A stretch of DNA of 64,000 bases from Candidatus Eiseniibacteriota bacterium (GCA_041946735.1 JBHGAY010000014.1:1-64000), one strand, 5' to 3'. Shown: positions 23,131-33,676, counted from the stretch's first letter. The notes: generated by a model not told the origin, from the letters alone. Made by a program: numbers and translations.

Positions 23131-24066
23131 ATGATCGAAGTTCGGGGGCTGCGGAAGACCTTCGGCCCCACCGTCGCCGTCGACGACGTCTCCTTCGACG
23201 TCCAGAAAGGCGAGGTCCTCGGCTTCCTTGGACCCAACGGAGCCGGGAAGACGACGACGATGCGGATCCTGACCTGCTACATCCCCGCCGATCAGGGGAC
23301 CGCTCGCGTCGCGGGATTCGACACCGAGACCGAGTCGATCGAGGTCCGCAAGCGCATCGGCTACCTTCCCGAGAGCGCTCCCCTCTATCAGGACATGGAA
23401 GTGACCGAGTACCTCGGGTTCGTCGCGCAGATTCGCGGCCTGCCGCCGGCATCCCGCCAATCGCGCGTGGAGCGGATGATCGATCTCTGCAGTCTCGGAG
23501 ACGTCCGCCAGCGTCCGATCGGCGAGCTTTCGAAGGGGTTCCGCCAGCGTGTCGGGCTCGCGCAGACCCTGATCCACGATCCCGACGTCCTGATCCTGGA
23601 CGAGCCGACGACGGGGCTCGACCCGAATCAGATCGTGCAGATCCGCGAACTGATCAAGCGGATCGGCCGGGAGAAGACGGTCATCCTCTCGACGCACATC
23701 CTCCAGGAGGTCGAAGCGACCTGCACGCGCGTGCAGATCATCAACGACGGGCGGGTCATCGCCCAGGGGACGACGGAGGAGCTGACCCGGCTGGCCACGG
23801 GCGACACGCGCGTGATCGCGCGGCTGAAGGGCCCGATCGAGGGGATGGCCGCGCGCCTGCGGGCGATCCCCGGCGTGACCGCGCTGCACGAGATGGGCCG
23901 GGATGCAGGCGGAGCGCGCTTCGAAGTGATCCGCGCCGAGGGGGCGGGGCTCGAGGAGGAGATCTTCGCGGCCGCGGTCGAGAAGGGATGGGTGTTGACC
24001 GAGCTGCGGCGCGAGGCGGAGAGCCTGGAGCACGTGTTCCAGCGGCTGACGCGCGGGGAGGCATAG
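23131..24066 (+). CDS. ABC transporter ATP-binding protein (GldA-like)
   Basis: GPNGAGKTT, LSKGFRQRVG and ILDEPTTGLDP. Confidence 0.93.
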   Translation: MIEVRGLRKTFGPTVAVDDVSFDVQKGEVLGFLGPNGAGKTTTMRILTCYIPADQGTARVAGFDTETESIEVRKRIGYLPESAPLYQDMEVTEYLGFVAQIRGLPPASRQSRVERMIDLCSLGDVRQRPIGELSKGFRQRVGLAQTLIHDPDVLILDEPTTGLDPNQIVQIRELIKRIGREKTVILSTHILQEVEATCTRVQIINDGRVIAQGTTEELTRLATGDTRVIARLKGPIEGMAARLRAIPGVTALHEMGRDAGGARFEVIRAEGAGLEEEIFAAAVEKGWVLTELRREAESLEHVFQRLTRGEA

Positions 24067-24069
24067 GGA

Positions 24070-24789
24070 ATGGATTCGGTCGCCACGATCTTCCGCAAAG
24101 AGTTCCGGAGCTACTTCCAGTCGCCGATCGCCTATATCTTCCTCACCGTCTTCCTCGTGATCGTCCAGGGCCTTCTGTTCTGGGCGACCGGCTTCCTCGT
24201 CATCGGGCAGGCCGACCTGCGGGACTTCTTCGGCCTGATCTCGATCGTCCTGATCTTCTTCGTGCCGGCGATCTCGATGCGCCTCTGGTCCGAAGAGATG
24301 AAGCTCGGGACGATGGAGCTCCTGATGACATTCCCGGTCCGCGACTGGGAGGCGGTCGCCGGGAAGTTCCTCGCAGCGCTCGCGATCATCGGGCTCGCGA
24401 TCCTCTTGACCCTGCCGCTGCCGCTCAGCGTGGCGCTCGCCGGGCGGCCGGACGCCGGTCCGATCATCGGCGGATACATCGGGGCGCTTCTGCTCGGCGC
24501 CGCCTACCTGGCGGTCGGAGCCTGGACCTCGAGCACGACGTCGAACCAGATCATCAGCTTCATCCTCTCGCTCTTGATCCTGCTGGTCGGCAGTCTCGGG
24601 CTTGATTGGATCCGCCAGTTCTCTCCGTCGTGGATGGCAAGCTTCCTTTCGTATCTCTCCCTCCGGACGCACTTCGACAACATCGCCCGCGGCGTGCTGG
24701 ACATTCGCGACGTCGTCTACTACCTGACGGTGATCGGTTTCTTCCTCTACTTGAACGTGCGGTCGGTCGAGAGCCGGAAGTGGAGGTGA
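24070..24789 (+). CDS. ABC-2 permease (GldF-like)
   Basis: KEFRSYFQSPIAY and MRLWSEEMKLGTMELL, with about 6 TM helices. Confidence 0.9.
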   Translation: MDSVATIFRKEFRSYFQSPIAYIFLTVFLVIVQGLLFWATGFLVIGQADLRDFFGLISIVLIFFVPAISMRLWSEEMKLGTMELLMTFPVRDWEAVAGKFLAALAIIGLAILLTLPLPLSVALAGRPDAGPIIGGYIGALLLGAAYLAVGAWTSSTTSNQIISFILSLLILLVGSLGLDWIRQFSPSWMASFLSYLSLRTHFDNIARGVLDIRDVVYYLTVIGFFLYLNVRSVESRKWR

Positions 24790-24796
24790 GGAGGAC

Positions 24797-26533
24797 GTGG
24801 GAACGATGAGCCCGAAGTCGAAGCGTGGCGTGGCGACCGGCATCTACTCGGCGACGGTCGTCCTGCTGGTCGCCCTGGTCCTCATGGCCGCGAATTTCCT
24901 GACCTCGCGGATCCTCGCGAGGGCGGATCTCACGAAGGACAGGGAGTTCACCGTCTCGAAGGCGACGCGCGAAGTCCTGCGCGATCTCGATGACATCGTG
25001 ACGGTCAACGTCTACTTCTCGAAGAAGCTCCCGCCGAACCTCGCGACGCTGCGGCGCAACATCGACGACGTGCTGCGGGAGTATCAGGCCTATTCGCACG
25101 GCAAGGTGCGGGTCGAGTACGTCGATCCGTCGGAGGATCCGAAAGAGGAGCAGAAGCTGCGCTTCCTCGGGATCCCGCAAGTCCAGCTCAACGTCCTCGA
25201 AAAAGATCAGCTGCAGGTGATCAACGGCTACATGGGGATCGCGATCCTCTACGCGGACCGCCACGAGGCGATCCCGATCGTGCAGGACGTCTCGACGCTC
25301 GAGTACGACCTGACCGCCGGGATCCTGCAGGTGCTGTCGAAGGAGAAGCGGATCGTCGGCTACCTGACCGGGGTCGGGGAGCCGAAGCTCCAGGAGGACT
25401 TCGAGCCGCTCGCGCAGATGCTGTCGAAGACCTACGAGGTGCGCCCGGTCGATCTGCGAGGCGGCGAGCAGCCGGTGCCACCGGAAGTCAACACGCTGAT
25501 CGTCGCCCGCCCGCAGTCGGCTCCGGAGCGCGTGCAGTGGCAGATCGACCAGTTCGTCATGCGCGGCGGGAAAGTGCTTTTTCTCGTGGACCCGGTGAGG
25601 CTCGACGAGCAGATGGGCTTGCAGAACCCGATCCCGGTGCAGAGCGGGCTCGATGACATGCTCGCGCACTACGGGGTGAAGGTCGAGCACGCGCTCGTCC
25701 AGGACCGGTTGAACGAGATGGCAGGATTCAGCCAGGGCTACCTCCGCTACTCGACGCCGTATCCGCTGTGGCCGAAGGTAAGCGGCAAGAACCTCTCCGA
25801 ATCGAGCCCGATCACGGGGAGGCTCGAGTCCCTCGTCCTTCCCTGGACAGCGCCGCTCGACGTGAACGTCGCGCAGGAAGAGAAGAGCGGAAAGGTCGGT
25901 CCGGCTCCCGAGGGGACGCCGCAGCCCGACGTCCACGCGACGATCCTCGCGAAGAGCTCGCCGCAGGCGTGGCTCCAGACGGGAGGGTTCGACCTCACGC
26001 CCCCGAACCCGCTCCAGCCGGTCCGTCCCCCCGAGCAGGGACAGACCTACCCGCTCGCCGTCTCCCTCGTCGGGAGCTTCCGTTCGTACTTCGCCGGCAA
26101 GCCGGCCCCCGGGGACACCTCGGCGGCCGGGTTCGGCGCCGCCCCCGCTCCGGCGGCCGCCGACAGGAAGGACGGGAGCCCGGTCACGCAGATGATCGTG
26201 ATCGGCAACTCGATGTTCGCCTCGGCGAACTTCCTCTCGATGTTCCCCGGGAATCAGGAGTTCATCCTGAACGCGATCGATTGGATGACGCTCGGCGACA
26301 AGCTGATCGCGATCCGGTCGCGCGGGGCGAGCGAGCGCCCGCTCGGCCTCGAGTCCGCCACCACGAAAGCGCTGTTCAAGTACGGCAACACATTCGGGAT
26401 GGCTCTGCTCGTCGCGATCTTCGGAGTCGTCCGCTTCAGCCTGAAGCGCCGCGCGCGTAGCGCGCGAGGAACGCACGCCGCCCCGCTGCCGCCGCCCGTC
26501 GAGCAGCAGAAGGTGGCGGGAGAGAGGTCGTGA
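24797..26533 (+). CDS. GldG-like ABC auxiliary component
   Basis: DLTKDREFTVS, EYDLT, DQFVMRGGK and NAIDWM, with N- and C-terminal TM helices. Confidence 0.88.
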   Translation: MGTMSPKSKRGVATGIYSATVVLLVALVLMAANFLTSRILARADLTKDREFTVSKATREVLRDLDDIVTVNVYFSKKLPPNLATLRRNIDDVLREYQAYSHGKVRVEYVDPSEDPKEEQKLRFLGIPQVQLNVLEKDQLQVINGYMGIAILYADRHEAIPIVQDVSTLEYDLTAGILQVLSKEKRIVGYLTGVGEPKLQEDFEPLAQMLSKTYEVRPVDLRGGEQPVPPEVNTLIVARPQSAPERVQWQIDQFVMRGGKVLFLVDPVRLDEQMGLQNPIPVQSGLDDMLAHYGVKVEHALVQDRLNEMAGFSQGYLRYSTPYPLWPKVSGKNLSESSPITGRLESLVLPWTAPLDVNVAQEEKSGKVGPAPEGTPQPDVHATILAKSSPQAWLQTGGFDLTPPNPLQPVRPPEQGQTYPLAVSLVGSFRSYFAGKPAPGDTSAAGFGAAPAPAAADRKDGSPVTQMIVIGNSMFASANFLSMFPGNQEFILNAIDWMTLGDKLIAIRSRGASERPLGLESATTKALFKYGNTFGMALLVAIFGVVRFSLKRRARSARGTHAAPLPPPVEQQKVAGERS

Positions 26534-27501
26534 TGCGCGCCCGCACCCTCCTCGTCCTTTTCGGAGTCCTGGTCGTTCTCGTCGCGGCGGCGATGCTGTT
26601 CGATTCGAGCCGCCGTCGGGCGACGACGGTCTCCGAGAAGCAGCTCTTTCCGAAGCTCCAGGTCGAGCAGGTCGACCGCATCCGGATCGTCTCGCACGAC
26701 GAAGCGTCCGCAGCGACCGGCAAGGAGACGATCCTGCAGAAGCGCGGGGACGGATGGGTCGTGGAGACCGAGGGAAGCCATCGCGCCGAACCGAAGTTCA
26801 TCGACGACATCCTCCAGCGGCTTCCGCGCTTCTACTACGACAACGTCGTTTCGGAGAATCCGGAGAAGCAGTCGCTCTTCCACGTCGACTCGACCGGCAT
26901 CGAAGTCTGGATCACCCAGAAGGGGACCGACGTGGCGCACTTCTTCGTCGGCAAAGGCGGCCCCGACTTCCTGAGCACCTACGTGCGCGCGGCCGAGTCC
27001 AACCGGGTCATCCAGGTGCCCGAATACCTGCCGAGCCTCTTCACCCGCGGCAATTCCTGGCGCGCCCGGCAGATCGTCGACATCGATCCCGAGCAGATCC
27101 GCCGCATCGAGTACGTCTCGCCTTCGCGCGGCCAGCTTACTCTCGCTCGCGACGAGACCGGCGCATGGATGATCGAGTCGCCGGAGAAGGCGCCGGCCGA
27201 TCCTGCCAAGATGAAGATCGCGCTGCGGAGCGTGGCGAACATGCGCGCGACCGACTTCGGTGACGACGTCACGCCCGAGCAGGCGGGGGTCGCCGCCGAT
27301 ACGACGAAGATCCAGATCACGCTCGCGGACGGATCGACGCAGGTCGTGCAGGTCGGAGGCCCGGCGCCGAGGAATCAGATCTACGTGCGGCGGCAGGGGA
27401 CGGACGAGGTGATGACGCTGCCGAAAGGGCAGATCAACACGATCTTCGTCTCGGCGGATTTCCTGAAGCAGGCGTCGGAGGTCGAGCCGGCGCTGAAGTG
27501 A
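26530..27501 (+). CDS. DUF4340 domain protein
   Basis: N-terminal TM helix and duplicated beta-rich modules. This is the typical fourth gene of GldA/F/G-like operons. Confidence 0.75.
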   Translation: MMRARTLLVLFGVLVVLVAAAMLFDSSRRRATTVSEKQLFPKLQVEQVDRIRIVSHDEASAATGKETILQKRGDGWVVETEGSHRAEPKFIDDILQRLPRFYYDNVVSENPEKQSLFHVDSTGIEVWITQKGTDVAHFFVGKGGPDFLSTYVRAAESNRVIQVPEYLPSLFTRGNSWRARQIVDIDPEQIRRIEYVSPSRGQLTLARDETGAWMIESPEKAPADPAKMKIALRSVANMRATDFGDDVTPEQAGVAADTTKIQITLADGSTQVVQVGGPAPRNQIYVRRQGTDEVMTLPKGQINTIFVSADFLKQASEVEPALK

Positions 27502-27592
27502 CCGGATGCTGAAGTGACCGGAATGCTGAAGTGACCAGGATGCTGAAGTGACCAGGATGCTGAAGTGACCAGGATGCTGAAGTGACCAGGAT
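27492..27592. repeat. Tandem repeat GCTGAAGTGACCAGGAT (16-17 bp) x6
   Basis: Units start at 27492, 27508, 27525, 27542, 27559 and 27576. The last four are identical. Confidence 0.95.
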
Positions 27593-27601
27593 GAGGACGC
27601 C

Positions 27602-28624
27602 CTACGGAACCGGCAACGGACCGGGCGGCACGAGCTCCGCGGCGTAGGCGAAGAGGCTGAAGATCCCGCCCGTGTGGAGGAACAACGCCTCCTCCTCGGG
27701 CGGGATTCGCTCGTTCGTGGCGCCCTGCAACACGTCGGCCATTCCGAGGAACGCCTTGCCGGTGTAGACCGGATCGAGGAACAGCCCCTCGACGGACGCG
27801 ACGTCGCGAATCTCCTCGAGCAGGCGCGGATAGGTCTTCGCGTAGCCGGGTCCGCGATACCCCTCGAGAACGCGAACATCCTGCGCGGCGATCGCCTCTC
27901 CCGCGCCGTACCGCTGGCGGAACGCCTCGGAGATCGCGGTGACACGGCCGCGGAAGTACGCCTCGTTGTCGCACACGGCGACGCCCCAGATCCTCCAAGG
28001 CAGACCGAGAAGGCGCACGCCGAGATGGAGCCCGGCGAGCGTCCCACCCGATCCGGTCGCGCAGAAGAGATGGCAGACCTTCCCTCCCCCTCCGAACCCC
28101 TGCTCCGCCAGCTCCTGGACCATCGCGACGTATCCCCACGATCCGACCTCGTTCGATCCCCCCTCGGGAATGACGTACGGCCGTCGTCCCTGCGATTCGA
28201 GACGGGCCGCCTCCGCGGCGAGAAGCTCGTTGCGTCGCGCGTACTCCTCGGGAGTGATGAAGATCAGGCGCGCGCCGAGCAGGCGGTCGAGCAGAACGTT
28301 TCCCTCGGCCCGTTCCGGCGCTTCGCCGCGGAGGAACAGCACCGAGTCGAGCCCGAGCCGCCGCGCCGCCGAAGCCGTGGCGCGTGCATGGTTCGACTGG
28401 ATGCCGCCGCAGGTGAGCACGACATCCGAGCGCCGCTCCAACGCTTCGGCCATCAGGAACTCGAGCTTGCGCACCTTGTTGCCGGACAGGTCGGAGCCGG
28501 TCTGGTCGTCGCGCTTGATCCAGACGGGCGCCGCGCCGGGAGGACGCAGGCCGAGCCGCGAGAGCGGCTCGACGCGGGTCGGCAGGCAGGCGAGCGACAG
28601 GCGGGGCGGATAGGGGAGCGTCAT
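27602..28624 (-). CDS. D-cysteine desulfhydrase / ACC deaminase family PLP enzyme
   Basis: WIKRDD...SGNKVRKLEF, GGIQSNHAR, IPEGGSN, DPVYTGKA and FLHTGG. Confidence 0.93.
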   Translation of the reverse strand: MTLPYPPRLSLACLPTRVEPLSRLGLRPPGAAPVWIKRDDQTGSDLSGNKVRKLEFLMAEALERRSDVVLTCGGIQSNHARATASAARRLGLDSVLFLRGEAPERAEGNVLLDRLLGARLIFITPEEYARRNELLAAEAARLESQGRRPYVIPEGGSNEVGSWGYVAMVQELAEQGFGGGGKVCHLFCATGSGGTLAGLHLGVRLLGLPWRIWGVAVCDNEAYFRGRVTAISEAFRQRYGAGEAIAAQDVRVLEGYRGPGYAKTYPRLLEEIRDVASVEGLFLDPVYTGKAFLGMADVLQGATNERIPPEEEALFLHTGGIFSLFAYAAELVPPGPLPVP

Positions 28625-28654
28625 GTCGGGACGGGAGCGCGCGCCGGCCTGCCT

Positions 28655-29722
28655 TCAGCGCAGCTTCATGAAGTCGTTGAAGATCACGACCGCGATCAGC
28701 AGGAAGAGCAGGAGCATTCCGATCTGCTGAATCCAGAGCTTCAGCCTCGTGGAGAGCGGGCGGCGCCGGACTCCCTCGATCGCCACCATCAGCAGATGGC
28801 CGCCGTCGAGCGCGGGGATCGGAAGGATGTTGATGAAGCCGATGTTGATGCTGATGAAGGCGAGCAGCTCGAAGAGATCCGCCATCCCCTGGCGGGCCGT
28901 CTCTCCGGTCACGCGCGCGATCCCCACGGGACCGGCGAGGTCCTTCACGGACGCCTGCCCGGCAAACAGCATGTAGACGGTGTGCACGATCTGCTTCAGG
29001 AGGGCCCAGGTCGAGGTGGCGCCGTAGACGATCGCCTTTCCGAGACCGACGCGCTCGTAGGTGAGGAGCGGCCCGATGCCGATCTTCCCGATCTGCTCCC
29101 CCTCGGCGCCTCCCTTCTCGCTCTTGGTGTGCAGCGTGATCTCCTGCCGCTCGCCGTTTCGTTCCAAGTCGATCCGAACGTCGGTGTCAGGGCGGGCGTA
29201 GATCGCCTCGACGAGGTCCTGCCACTTCTCCACCGGAGTCCCGTCGATCGCCACGATCCGGTCGCCTCGCTGGAGTCCCGCATCCTTGGCGGGATAGCCG
29301 GGAATCGGCCGGTCGATCGTCGTTCCCAGGACCTCGGGGAGCGAAGGGACGCCCCGCGTCGCGTAGACCCCGGTCAGGACGACCGCCGCGAGGATCATGT
29401 TCATGATCACTCCGGCCGACACGACCAGCACCTTCTGCCACGGCTTCTTGTTCATGAAGATGTCGGGCGCGGAGGGATCGAAATCGTCGGGATTCTCGAG
29501 ACTCTCGTCGATCATCCCCGCCATCTTCACGTAGCCGCCGAGGGGCACGGCAGCGACGCGGTACTCCGTCTCTCCACGCTGGAAGCCGAACAGGCGCGGA
29601 CCGAATCCGATCGAGAAGCGGTCCACGCGGATCCCTACCGCCCGGGCGGCGAGGAAGTGGCCCAGCTCGTGGACCAGGATGATGATCCCAACGACGAGAA
29701 TGAACGAAAGGACGTAGACCAT
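28655..29722 (-). CDS. rseP: RIP metalloprotease RseP
   Basis: HELGH, PLGGYVKM, a PDZ domain and NILPIPALDGG. Confidence 0.96.
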   Translation of the reverse strand: MVYVLSFILVVGIIILVHELGHFLAARAVGIRVDRFSIGFGPRLFGFQRGETEYRVAAVPLGGYVKMAGMIDESLENPDDFDPSAPDIFMNKKPWQKVLVVSAGVIMNMILAAVVLTGVYATRGVPSLPEVLGTTIDRPIPGYPAKDAGLQRGDRIVAIDGTPVEKWQDLVEAIYARPDTDVRIDLERNGERQEITLHTKSEKGGAEGEQIGKIGIGPLLTYERVGLGKAIVYGATSTWALLKQIVHTVYMLFAGQASVKDLAGPVGIARVTGETARQGMADLFELLAFISINIGFINILPIPALDGGHLLMVAIEGVRRRPLSTRLKLWIQQIGMLLLFLLIAVVIFNDFMKLR

Positions 29723-29828
29723 CAGAACTCCGATCGGTTGCGAGGACGGCCACGAAGTGTCGGAGGAACGACTCCGGTCGACGAACGATTCAGGTTACGG
29801 ATTCCGGGACGCGACGGCAAGGCGCGCC

Positions 29829-29932
29829 GCGTCCCGGAGCCGCATCCGGCGCCTCGTTCGGCGCCGCTTCCGGCGCCTCATCCGGAGCCGCGTCCGGCCC
29901 GCATCCGGCGCCGCACCGGCGCCACCAGCCGG
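29829..29932. repeat. Degenerate 12-bp tandem repeat (TCCGGCGCCGCA-like), about 8 copies
   Basis: Intergenic between the YugP-like gene and rseP. Confidence 0.6.
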
Positions 29933-30001
29933 ACGATCGGAGCGCGGCGGGGCGGGCTGGCTCCACGTCTCCGCGTTGCCCGCCGTTGCCCGCCGGATCG
30001 A

Positions 30002-30694
30002 TCAGTCCCGGCGCCCGCCGAGCAGGCCGGCGCGGAGCAGGAAGTAGATCAGGGTGAGGATCGCCGACGCTGCGGCCGCGATGTAGGTCATCGCCGCCGC
30101 GGTCAGCACCTTCCGCGCTCCGCTCGACTCCTCATCGCTGACGACGATCCCTTCGCTCCGGACGAGCTGCAGCGCGCGCCTCGAGGCGTCGATCTCGACC
30201 GGCAGGGTGACGATCTGGAAGAGGACCGCGAAGGAGAAGAGCAGGATCCCGGCGTACACGAGCCCGAGGGACTGGAAGATCAGCCCGATGAACAGCAGCG
30301 GAAACGCGAGCTGCGAGCCGATCTGGGTCACCGGGACGATCGCCGTCCGGAACTGCAGCAACGCATAGCCCGTCGCATGCTGCAGCGCATGTCCCGCCTC
30401 GTGAGCGGCGACCCCCACGCTCGCGAGCGACCGTCCCTCGTACACGTCGGGAGAGAGCCGGAGAACACGGGTGCGCGGATCGTAGTGATCGGAAAGGAAT
30501 CCGCCGACTCGCTCGACCCGGACGTTCACGCCGGCTCTCTGCAGGATCCGGCTCGCGGCCTCCGCGCCGGACATCCCCGTGCGGAGACCGACCTTCGAGA
30601 ACCGGGAGAAGGCGCTCTTCACCCAGATCTGGGCGATGATCGAAAGCAAGAACGCCGGTCCCACTATCAGCAAGTACATCGGGTCGAAGAACAT
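30002..30694 (-). CDS. Membrane zinc metallopeptidase (YugP / Zn_peptidase_2 family)
   Basis: LSDHYDPR, VAAHEAGHALQH, TLPVEIDASRRA and AAAMTY. Confidence 0.93.
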   Translation of the reverse strand: MFFDPMYLLIVGPAFLLSIIAQIWVKSAFSRFSKVGLRTGMSGAEAASRILQRAGVNVRVERVGGFLSDHYDPRTRVLRLSPDVYEGRSLASVGVAAHEAGHALQHATGYALLQFRTAIVPVTQIGSQLAFPLLFIGLIFQSLGLVYAGILLFSFAVLFQIVTLPVEIDASRRALQLVRSEGIVVSDEESSGARKVLTAAAMTYIAAAASAILTLIYFLLRAGLLGGRRD

Positions 30695-31009
30695 GACCGA
30701 CTCCTTCCCGCACCTCGGCTATTGGGATCGATCGGCGCGCCGGCGGCCCAAGCCACCGCGACGCCCGAGCCACCCGCGACCTGCGACCGGCCGCGGGAAT
30801 CGCGGTCTCGATCTCCAGGGCGTTCGGAATCGCGGGGATCGTTGATCCACACCGGGTCGTCTGTTAGGTTCGACCCGCGAGATGCGGACTCTCCTTAGCT
30901 GCGAAGCTAGCACATTTCTCCGATCCTTCCAGCAGGACACGAAGAATCGGGCGGGGAATCGCGATCTTCGTCGCGACGCGACCCCCGGTCCGACCCGTAT
31001 CGGCCGCCG

Positions 31010-31099
31010 CCTCGGCGCTGCGTCCTCCCTCGGCGCTGCATCCTCCCTCGGCGCTGCGTCCTCCCTCGGCGCTGCATCCTCCCTCGGCGCTGCATCCTC
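31010..31099. repeat. Tandem repeat CCTCGGCGCTGC(G/A)TCCTC (18 bp) x5
   Basis: Units at 31010, 31028, 31046, 31064 and 31082, directly upstream of the GT2 gene. Confidence 0.95.
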
Positions 31100-31120
31100 C
31101 CTCCGCCGTGGTCCCCTCCC

Positions 31121-31954
31121 GTGACCCCTCCGCTCGGAAAGCCGCGCGCCCTGACGGTCGTCGTTCCGGTTCGCGATGCGGCTCCCACGATCCGCCGGTT
31201 TCTCGAGACCCTCGAAGCGCGCCTGCACTTCCTGCGGGACGAAGGGGTCGAGACGCTCGTGGTCGACGACGAAAGCGCCGACGACACGGCTCGCGAGGTG
31301 CTCGCCTTCGGCCGCGCCCGGCCCGATCTCCTGCTGCTCCGCAATCCGGGCCGCCTCGGCCCGGGCGCGGCTGCGCGGCATGGGATCCTGCTTGCCGGCG
31401 GCGGCTCGGTCCTCCTCGCGTCGCCATCGTTTCCGCTGCCGGTCGGCCTGCTGGAAGAGATGGTGGTGGAGAGAGAGCGCGGCGCGGACGTCGTCCTCGG
31501 CTCGCTCGAGCCGGATGTCCGGCGGGCTCTCCGCCCGCTGCTGATCCGGCGTGAAGTCTTCCGGCGGCTGGGACGGCGGGCGCCGGCGCAACCGGCCGCA
31601 GCGCCTCCCCCCTTCTTGCATCTCTATGCCCACCGGACGGCGGTCGAGATCTACAGCCGGCAGCGAATCGAAGGCGAAGCGTTCCTCGCCGAGACGCTCT
31701 ATCTCGTCCGCCGTTTCCGGTACCGGGCTGTCGAGATCGGGGCCGCGAGCGAGCGAGAGCCGCGCGAGACGCTCGAGCTGGGCCGGTCCGACGAGCGGGA
31801 GGCCCGGGCCCACGAGCCGGCGGCCGGACGGTCGGGGCTCGACCCCACCTCGCCTCCGCGCGGGGCGCCGCCCGGTGCAGCCGCCGCGGCCCCGGCGAGC
31901 GTGCGGGAGCTGCTGCGCATACGGATGCACCGGCTCCGGGGGTACTACGGCTAG
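31121..31954 (+). CDS. Family 2 glycosyltransferase-like protein (dolichyl-phosphate glycosyltransferase-like, divergent)
   Basis: LTVVVPVRD, LVVDDESADDT and GPGAAARHG. The canonical DAD motif is absent. Confidence 0.7.
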   Translation: MTPPLGKPRALTVVVPVRDAAPTIRRFLETLEARLHFLRDEGVETLVVDDESADDTAREVLAFGRARPDLLLLRNPGRLGPGAAARHGILLAGGGSVLLASPSFPLPVGLLEEMVVERERGADVVLGSLEPDVRRALRPLLIRREVFRRLGRRAPAQPAAAPPPFLHLYAHRTAVEIYSRQRIEGEAFLAETLYLVRRFRYRAVEIGAASEREPRETLELGRSDEREARAHEPAAGRSGLDPTSPPRGAPPGAAAAAPASVRELLRIRMHRLRGYYG

Positions 31955-32029
31955 GCGGCCGGGGGCGCGCGGCGCAACAGCGGGTACGCCGGTCGCGGCG
32001 GCGGCCGCGGCCGTCGCATCTGATTCAGC

Positions 32030-33572
32030 GTCGAGCCGGACGGCGAAGCTTCTCCGGCGGGACCGGCTGCCGTGGATCCTCTTCGCGATCGCTCTCGCAG
32101 AACGGCTCGCGTCGCTCCTTGGAAGCGCGGACCGAGGTTGGCCCTTTCCGATCTTCTATGAAGGGGACGCGGAGGTCTTCCACCGCTTCGCCGAGGCGAT
32201 CCTCACGGGCCAGCCATTCGACAACGGCATCCCGTTCCATCCGCCTCTCTTCCCTCTGCTGCTCGCCGGGCTTCGCGGAATCGTCGGCCTCTCCGCGCCT
32301 GCCGGCCCGATCCGAGGAATCCTCGCCGTCACGAGCGCCGCCATCCCGCCGATGCTCTACCTTCTGATGCGCGAGCCGTTCGGCCGCGCCGCCGCGCTCG
32401 CCGCCGGACTGCTCGCCGCCTTCTCCTTCGGCCTCGACGTCCTGGGATCGGCGGCCACGAGCGAGGGGCTCTACCTTCTCCTCCTGTTCGGGATCCTCCT
32501 CGCCATCCGCGCACCGGCCGGGCCGCCGAACGGCGGTCGCTCGACGTGGATCCGCGCGGCGGCGATCGGCGTGGGCGCCGGGCTCCTCGCCCTGACCCGC
32601 GCCGAGGGAATCGTCCTCGGGTCCGCGCTCGCGGCGCTCTGGATCCTCTCGCCGGTGGAGGCCCGGCGTCCGGCCGATGCACCGGCGCGCCGGCTCGGCC
32701 GGCTGGCGATCACGCTCGCCTTGATCGCGTTCGCCGCCGCCGCCATCACGCTGGCTCCCTGGACGATCCGCAACGCCCGCAGCCTCCATGCGTGGAACGA
32801 GACGACGGGGCGCTCGATCGGGGTGCGCCTGCCGACCTTCGTGCCGGTCACCTCCTACGGTCCCCTGAACTTCGCGCTCGCGAACAACGGCCTCGCGACC
32901 GGCGGCTTTCAGCGCAAGGCGCTGAGCGAGGGGAGCAGCGCGCCGGTGCTCGACCTGGCGATCCCGCAGCATCGCCACTACTTCCTTCACGGCACGGCGG
33001 AGGGATTGTCGTGGATCGCGCGGCATCCGGGGGACTACGCCGCCCTCGCGCTGCGCAAGCTCGGCATCGCCACGCGAGCGCTCGACCTTGGCTGGACGCC
33101 GTGGAATCTGCCCATGGGCAGAAGCGGCACCCGCCCGCCGGTCGACCTCTTCCGCCCGGACTCCTCCTGGCTCCGGTGGCTGCAGCTCTTGCTCGCCGGC
33201 GCCGGGATCGCTCTCGCGCTGCGCGCCCGCCCGCGTCGCACGCGGGCGATCCTCTCCCTGCTGCTTCCGGTCGCCTCCGTCCTGCTCGCGACCCTCCTCT
33301 TCTTCGGCTATGTCCGGCAAGGGATGCTGGCGGCGCCGTTTCTCTTCGCCTTCGAAGGGATCGCGATCGCCTCGGCCGCGTCGCGCCTCCCCACCCGCGT
33401 GCGCTCTTTCTTCCACCGCAGGACGGCGCAGGCCGCGCTGCTCGTCCTCTGCCTCGCCCTTCTGACCGCCGCCGCCCTGCAGAACCGCAACTACGTGGCG
33501 ACGGGCGAGACGGACCGTCCCGGAGGGATGCTGCTGCGCGACGCGCCGATCCATCTGGCTCCCGCTCGTTGA
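32030..33572 (+). CDS. GT-C fold membrane glycosyltransferase (ArnT/PMT-like), start codon uncertain
   Basis: GDAEVFH, FHPPLFPLLLAG, SEGLY, ALTRAE and PWTIRN, with many TM helices. Confidence 0.75.
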
Positions 33573-33676
33573 GGCCGAAGCCGGCGCCGGTCGTTGCGGC
33601 AGGCGGCGTCTGCCAACAGGGGCGGCATCGCACGCGCCTCAGCGGGAGCTGCGGCAGGGCACGCGCCGCCCAGGCA

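Noticed and set aside
27492..27592. Possible mini-CRISPR
   Set aside because: The units are head-to-tail with no spacers, so this is a simple tandem repeat.
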